A stretch of 64,000 nucleotides of DNA from an uncultured Spirochaetales bacterium (GTDB taxonomy: Bacteria > Myxococcota_A > UBA9160 > SMWR01): assembly GCA_964437835.1 (NCBI GenBank), contig CAYTJA010000088.1:1357-65356 (forward strand). The letters run 5' to 3'. Shown here one piece after another: positions 61,164 through 64,000 of this stretch (position 1 is its first letter; every line of letters begins with the position of its first letter). Made by a program: the position numbers and the translations under genes. The notes under the pieces are model-generated. The model worked only from the letters and a program-made list of their open reading frames with translations. It had not been told where the DNA came from and searched no databases.

Positions 61164-61643
61164 ATGCCGGAGACGCGAGCCGAAGCACTGATGCAGCGCG
61201 CGATCGAGGCCGCGAGGCGCGGGATCGCCGCGGGCCAGAGCCCCTTCGGCTGCGCGATCGAGATCGGCGGGAAGCTCGTCGCGGTCGAACACAACCGCGT
61301 GCTGCTGACCACGGACATCACGGCCCACGCCGAGGTGAGCGCGCTGCGCGCGGCTTGCAAGGCGATCTCGAACATCCACCTCGAGGGCGCGCTCGTGGCG
61401 AGTACGACGGAGCCCTGCCCGATGTGTATGGCCGCGCTGCACTGGGCGCGGGTCGACGCCGTCGTCTACGGCGCGACGATCGCCGACGCGGCGCAGGCCG
61501 GCTTCAACGAGCTCACGCTGCCCGCGCAGGAGCTCTTGCGCGCCGGCGGCAGCGCGGTGCGCCTCGAGGGCGGCCTGCTCGCCGAGGAGTGCCGGCAGCT
61601 CTTCGCGGAGTGGATGCGCCGGCCGGGATTCCGGCCCTACTGA
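61164..61643 (+). CDS. CMP/dCMP-type zinc deaminase (guanine/tRNA-adenosine deaminase-like)
   Basis: HAE (TAHAEVSAL) and PCPMC zinc-binding motifs, 159 aa. Confidence 0.8.
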   Translation: MPETRAEALMQRAIEAARRGIAAGQSPFGCAIEIGGKLVAVEHNRVLLTTDITAHAEVSALRAACKAISNIHLEGALVASTTEPCPMCMAALHWARVDAVVYGATIADAAQAGFNELTLPAQELLRAGGSAVRLEGGLLAEECRQLFAEWMRRPGFRPY

Positions 61644-61668
61644 CCCCGCACCTCGGCGGCCGCTCTGC

Positions 61669-62421
61669 TCAGCGACTGCCGTGCTCGACGATGCGCTCGT
61701 GCAGCTGCACCGGCGCGGGCGCCTTGCGGCCGAGGCGCAGATTCAGCGACTCGACGAAGACCGAGAAGCCCATCGCCGAGTAGAGGTAGCCCTTCGGCAC
61801 GTGTTGTTCGAAGCCGTCCGCGACCAGCGCGGTTCCGATCAGCAGCAGGAACGAGAGCGCGAGCACCTTGAGCGTCGGGTGCTGATCCACGAATTCGCTG
61901 ATCGGCTTTGCGACGAAGAGCATCAGCGCGACGGACAGCACGACGGCGCAGACCATCACTCCGACCTGCTGCGCCATGCCGACCGCGGTGATCACCGAAT
62001 CGAGCGAGAAGACCATGTCGAGCAGCATGATCTGCACGATCACGCTGCGGAACGTAGGCCGCGCCTGGACCGAGATCTCGCTCTCCGAGCCCTCGAGCTT
62101 CTGGTGGATCTCGAGCGTAGCCTTCGCGATCAGGAAGAGACCGCCGAGGATCAGGATCAGATCGCGGCCCGAGATTTCGTTTCCGATCACGCTGAAGAGC
62201 GGGCTCGTGAGCCGCACGATCCACGACAGCGACAACAACAGTCCGATGCGCATCAGCATCGCGAGCAGCAGCCCCACGCGGCGCGCTCGTTCGCGCTGCT
62301 CGAGCTGCAACTTTCCGGCCAGGATCGAGATGAAGATGATGTTGTCGATGCCGAGCACGAGCTCGAGCGCGGTCAGCGTCACGAGCGCGACCCAGGCCGA
62401 CGGATCCGCGAGCCAGTTCAT
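61669..62421 (-). CDS. TerC-family integral membrane protein
   Basis: ALELVLGIDNIIFISIL and the second LLDMVFSLDSVITAVG repeat typical of TerC/YkoY/Alx. The ATG at 62421 is preceded by GGAGG-N5. The listed longer ORF is rejected. Confidence 0.88.
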   Translation of the reverse strand: MNWLADPSAWVALVTLTALELVLGIDNIIFISILAGKLQLEQRERARRVGLLLAMLMRIGLLLSLSWIVRLTSPLFSVIGNEISGRDLILILGGLFLIAKATLEIHQKLEGSESEISVQARPTFRSVIVQIMLLDMVFSLDSVITAVGMAQQVGVMVCAVVLSVALMLFVAKPISEFVDQHPTLKVLALSFLLLIGTALVADGFEQHVPKGYLYSAMGFSVFVESLNLRLGRKAPAPVQLHERIVEHGSR

Positions 62422-62542
62422 GCCCACCTCCAGCGCGCCGATCCTATCGCCGCACGCGCCGCGCTGCCGGCACGCCGGCGGCGGCTGCGGCAGAATCCCG
62501 GGTGCAGATCCAACGAGGCTCCGGCACAGACCGACGAGACAT

Positions 62543-62590
62543 GCAAGCCGACGAAGTCGGCGCGCAGCGAGGCGCAGCCGAGCGAAGCGG
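62543..62590 (+). repeat. Single copy of the GC-rich leader repeat family, 48 nt upstream of the CYTH/CHAD gene
   Basis: GCAAG-CCGAC-GAA-GTCGG-CGCGCAGCGAGGCGCAGCCGAGCGAAGCGG aligns with the sense units at the uvrA and hisB loci. It is followed by an 8-bp hairpin GGTCCGGG-CTGCG-CCCGGACC (62594-62614). Confidence 0.75.
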
Positions 62591-62637
62591 GGTGGTCCGG
62601 GCTGCGCCCGGACCGGGACCACAAGGCAAGGAGTGCG

Positions 62638-64000
62638 ATGAGCCGCAGCCTGGGAATCCTCCGCTTCCGAACCGGTGTGCCGCTGCCCCGCGCGCGCCTG
62701 GCGCAGTGTCTGGGCCCCGGCTTTCGACTCGGTGCGGTCGAGCAGCACCGGACCTCGCGCATCTACCTCGACACCGTCGACGGCCGCCTGAAGCGGGCCG
62801 GCCGTCTGCTCTCGAGTGAGCGCGGTCCGCGCGGCGCGACCCTGGTGCTGGTGGATCTCACGGAGAAAGAGCGGGGATCGCCGGAGGCTCTCGAGCTGTC
62901 GATCGCGCCGCGCTTCGCGGCCCAGCTTCCCGAGGGGCGCCTAGCAAAGAAGCTGCGCAAGCTCGCCGGCGTGCGGGCGCTCTTGCCACGGCTTCGCGTC
63001 GAGTCCGACGAGGAACTGGTGCCCGTGCTGGACGAGCGCGACCTGCGGGTCGCCTGGATCGTCCAGGAGCAGGGTGGCATCCACGCTTCCGACAGCAATC
63101 GAAAAACTCCGCTGCCTGCAGTGCTCGAGTTGCGCGAAGTTCCCGATCAGCAGCGCGCCTTTCGCGCGCTCGAGCGGAGACTCGAGCGGCTCGGTCTCGA
63201 GCCCGAAGAGCGCAGCTCGATCGCGGAGGCACTCGGCGCGCTGGCGAAATCTCCACGCCGAGCGGCGCCGCGCGCGGACGCCGTACTGGATCCGGAGGCG
63301 CCTGCCGCAGCCACGGCCGGGCCGATCCTGCTGCCGCTCCTCGCCGCGATGGCCGAGCACGAAGAAGGGACGCGGCTCGACCTCGATCCCGAGTGCTTGC
63401 ACGATTTCCGGGTCGCGCTGCGGCGCACGCGCTCCGCCGCGAAGCTGCTGCGGCCCTATCTCCCGCCGGAGGCGGAGACCCTGTGCGACGAGCTTCGCTG
63501 GTTCGCCCGGCTCACGAGTCCGGTGCGGGATGCGGATGTCCGGCTGCTGCGCCTGATCGCATTCCGGGACGCATTGCCCGAAGGCCTCTGGCCCGGACTC
63601 GCGTCGATCGCGAGCCACGTGCGGGAGCAGCGCCAGGAGCTGCGCTGCGCGCTCGAGGCGGCCCTCGAGGAGCCCCGCTATCGCGCGCTGATGCGCGGCT
63701 GGCACAAGCTGCTCGAACAGGTACCGGCAGCGGGCGCCCGAGCGTCGACTCGCGAACTGGCGCTGTCCAGCCTCGAGAGATTGCATGGGCGCGCGCTCAA
63801 GTCCGCTCGCCGCTACACGAAGGGCTGCGAGACGAGCGAGCTTCACGAGTTGCGCCTGCGCTGCAAGGATCTGCGCTATGCGATCGAAATGTTTCGCAGC
63901 TTGTTCGCCGAGAAGCGGGTCGATCGGGCGCTGCGCTCGCTGGCCCTGCTGCAGGACGACCTCGGAGACTTCCACGACTGCGAGCTGCAGATCGCCGAAC
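62638..64000 (+). CDS. CYTH-like plus CHAD domain protein; 3' end cut by window edge
   Basis: Missing from the ORF track because it has no stop in the window. ATG 62638 with AAGGAG 5 nt upstream. My own translation gives CHAD hallmarks (ECLHDFRVALRRTRSAAKLLRPYL; LHELRLRCKDLRYAIEMFRSLF) after an N-terminal CYTH-like region (SRIYLDTVDGRLKRAG). Confidence 0.8.
   Translation, partial: MSRSLGILRFRTGVPLPRARLAQCLGPGFRLGAVEQHRTSRIYLDTVDGRLKRAGRLLSSERGPRGATLVLVDLTEKERGSPEALELSIAPRFAAQLPEGRLAKKLRKLAGVRALLPRLRVESDEELVPVLDERDLRVAWIVQEQGGIHASDSNRKTPLPAVLELREVPDQQRAFRALERRLERLGLEPEERSSIAEALGALAKSPRRAAPRADAVLDPEAPAAATAGPILLPLLAAMAEHEEGTRLDLDPECLHDFRVALRRTRSAAKLLRPYLPPEAETLCDELRWFARLTSPVRDADVRLLRLIAFRDALPEGLWPGLASIASHVREQRQELRCALEAALEEPRYRALMRGWHKLLEQVPAAGARASTRELALSSLERLHGRALKSARRYTKGCETSELHELRLRCKDLRYAIEMFRSLFAEKRVDRALRSLALLQDDLGDFHDCELQIAE

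Noticed and set aside
62422-62637. yybP-ykoY (Mn2+) riboswitch, which often precedes TerC-family genes.
   Set aside because: Reading the - strand leader, I could not find the conserved GGGGAGUAG-type 5' element or the paired conserved 3' element. The region is better explained by the leader-repeat copy oriented toward the + strand CHAD gene. An Infernal scan would settle it.

Overview
Very GC-rich bacterial chromosomal segment: about 70% G+C by eye, with third codon positions almost always G or C. It is gene-dense, with roughly 58 protein-coding genes. I recognised no rRNA, tRNA, CRISPR array, transposase or integrase.

Many adjacent genes are translationally coupled through ATGA/GTGA start-stop overlaps. 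Because of the GC content, the supplied ORF track is dominated by antisense and alternate-frame shadow ORFs and by false N-terminal extensions. I trimmed starts using family-typical N-termini, Shine-Dalgarno (SD) spacing and stop/start overlaps.

Layout:
- (i) 1-10.4 kb: an accessory-looking envelope cluster. The + strand carries a PhyH-type dioxygenase, a PEP mutase fused to a nucleotidyltransferase, a second nucleotidyltransferase, a CdsA-like membrane enzyme and an FGGY kinase. These converge on a - strand operon: CDP-alcohol phosphatidyltransferase, DevB, DevC, DevC, DevA. This is my top candidate for an undescribed system (phosphonate-lipid synthesis plus dedicated export).
- (ii) A RelE-type toxin-antitoxin (TA) pair, a DUF3047-like protein, uvrA and a SurA-like PPIase.
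- (iii) 16.5-24.6 kb: a CoA-thioester operon (acyl-CoA synthetase, a tandem-fused family III CoA-transferase, a DUF35 protein, an SCP-x-type thiolase, a second CoA-transferase), with a divergent LLM oxidoreductase.
- (iv) vapBC, a DUF481-like outer-membrane protein, and the conserved operon rplU-rpmA-obg-proB-proA-nadD-rsfS-gpmI, which ends in a large GT-C-like membrane protein.
- (v) An RNase E/G gene, selA, an HNH protein, and a MinD/ParA-like ATPase coupled to a J-like/RodZ-HTH protein; then rluD and pgeF.
- (vi) rho-prfA-prmC-murA-hisDBHAF, rpsU-dnaG-rpoD, an FAD oxidoreductase, a TMTC-like TPR membrane protein, a deaminase, a TerC-family protein, and a CYTH/CHAD gene running off the right edge.

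Outside the genes, the most striking structure is a family of 51-61 bp GC-rich repeats. They sit in 5' leaders or operon-internal spacers at four loci, always in the same orientation relative to the downstream gene, and carry a hairpin whose stem changes by compensatory substitutions.

Taxon cannot be assigned from the sequence alone. All family names below come from motifs I recognised by eye, not from database searches.
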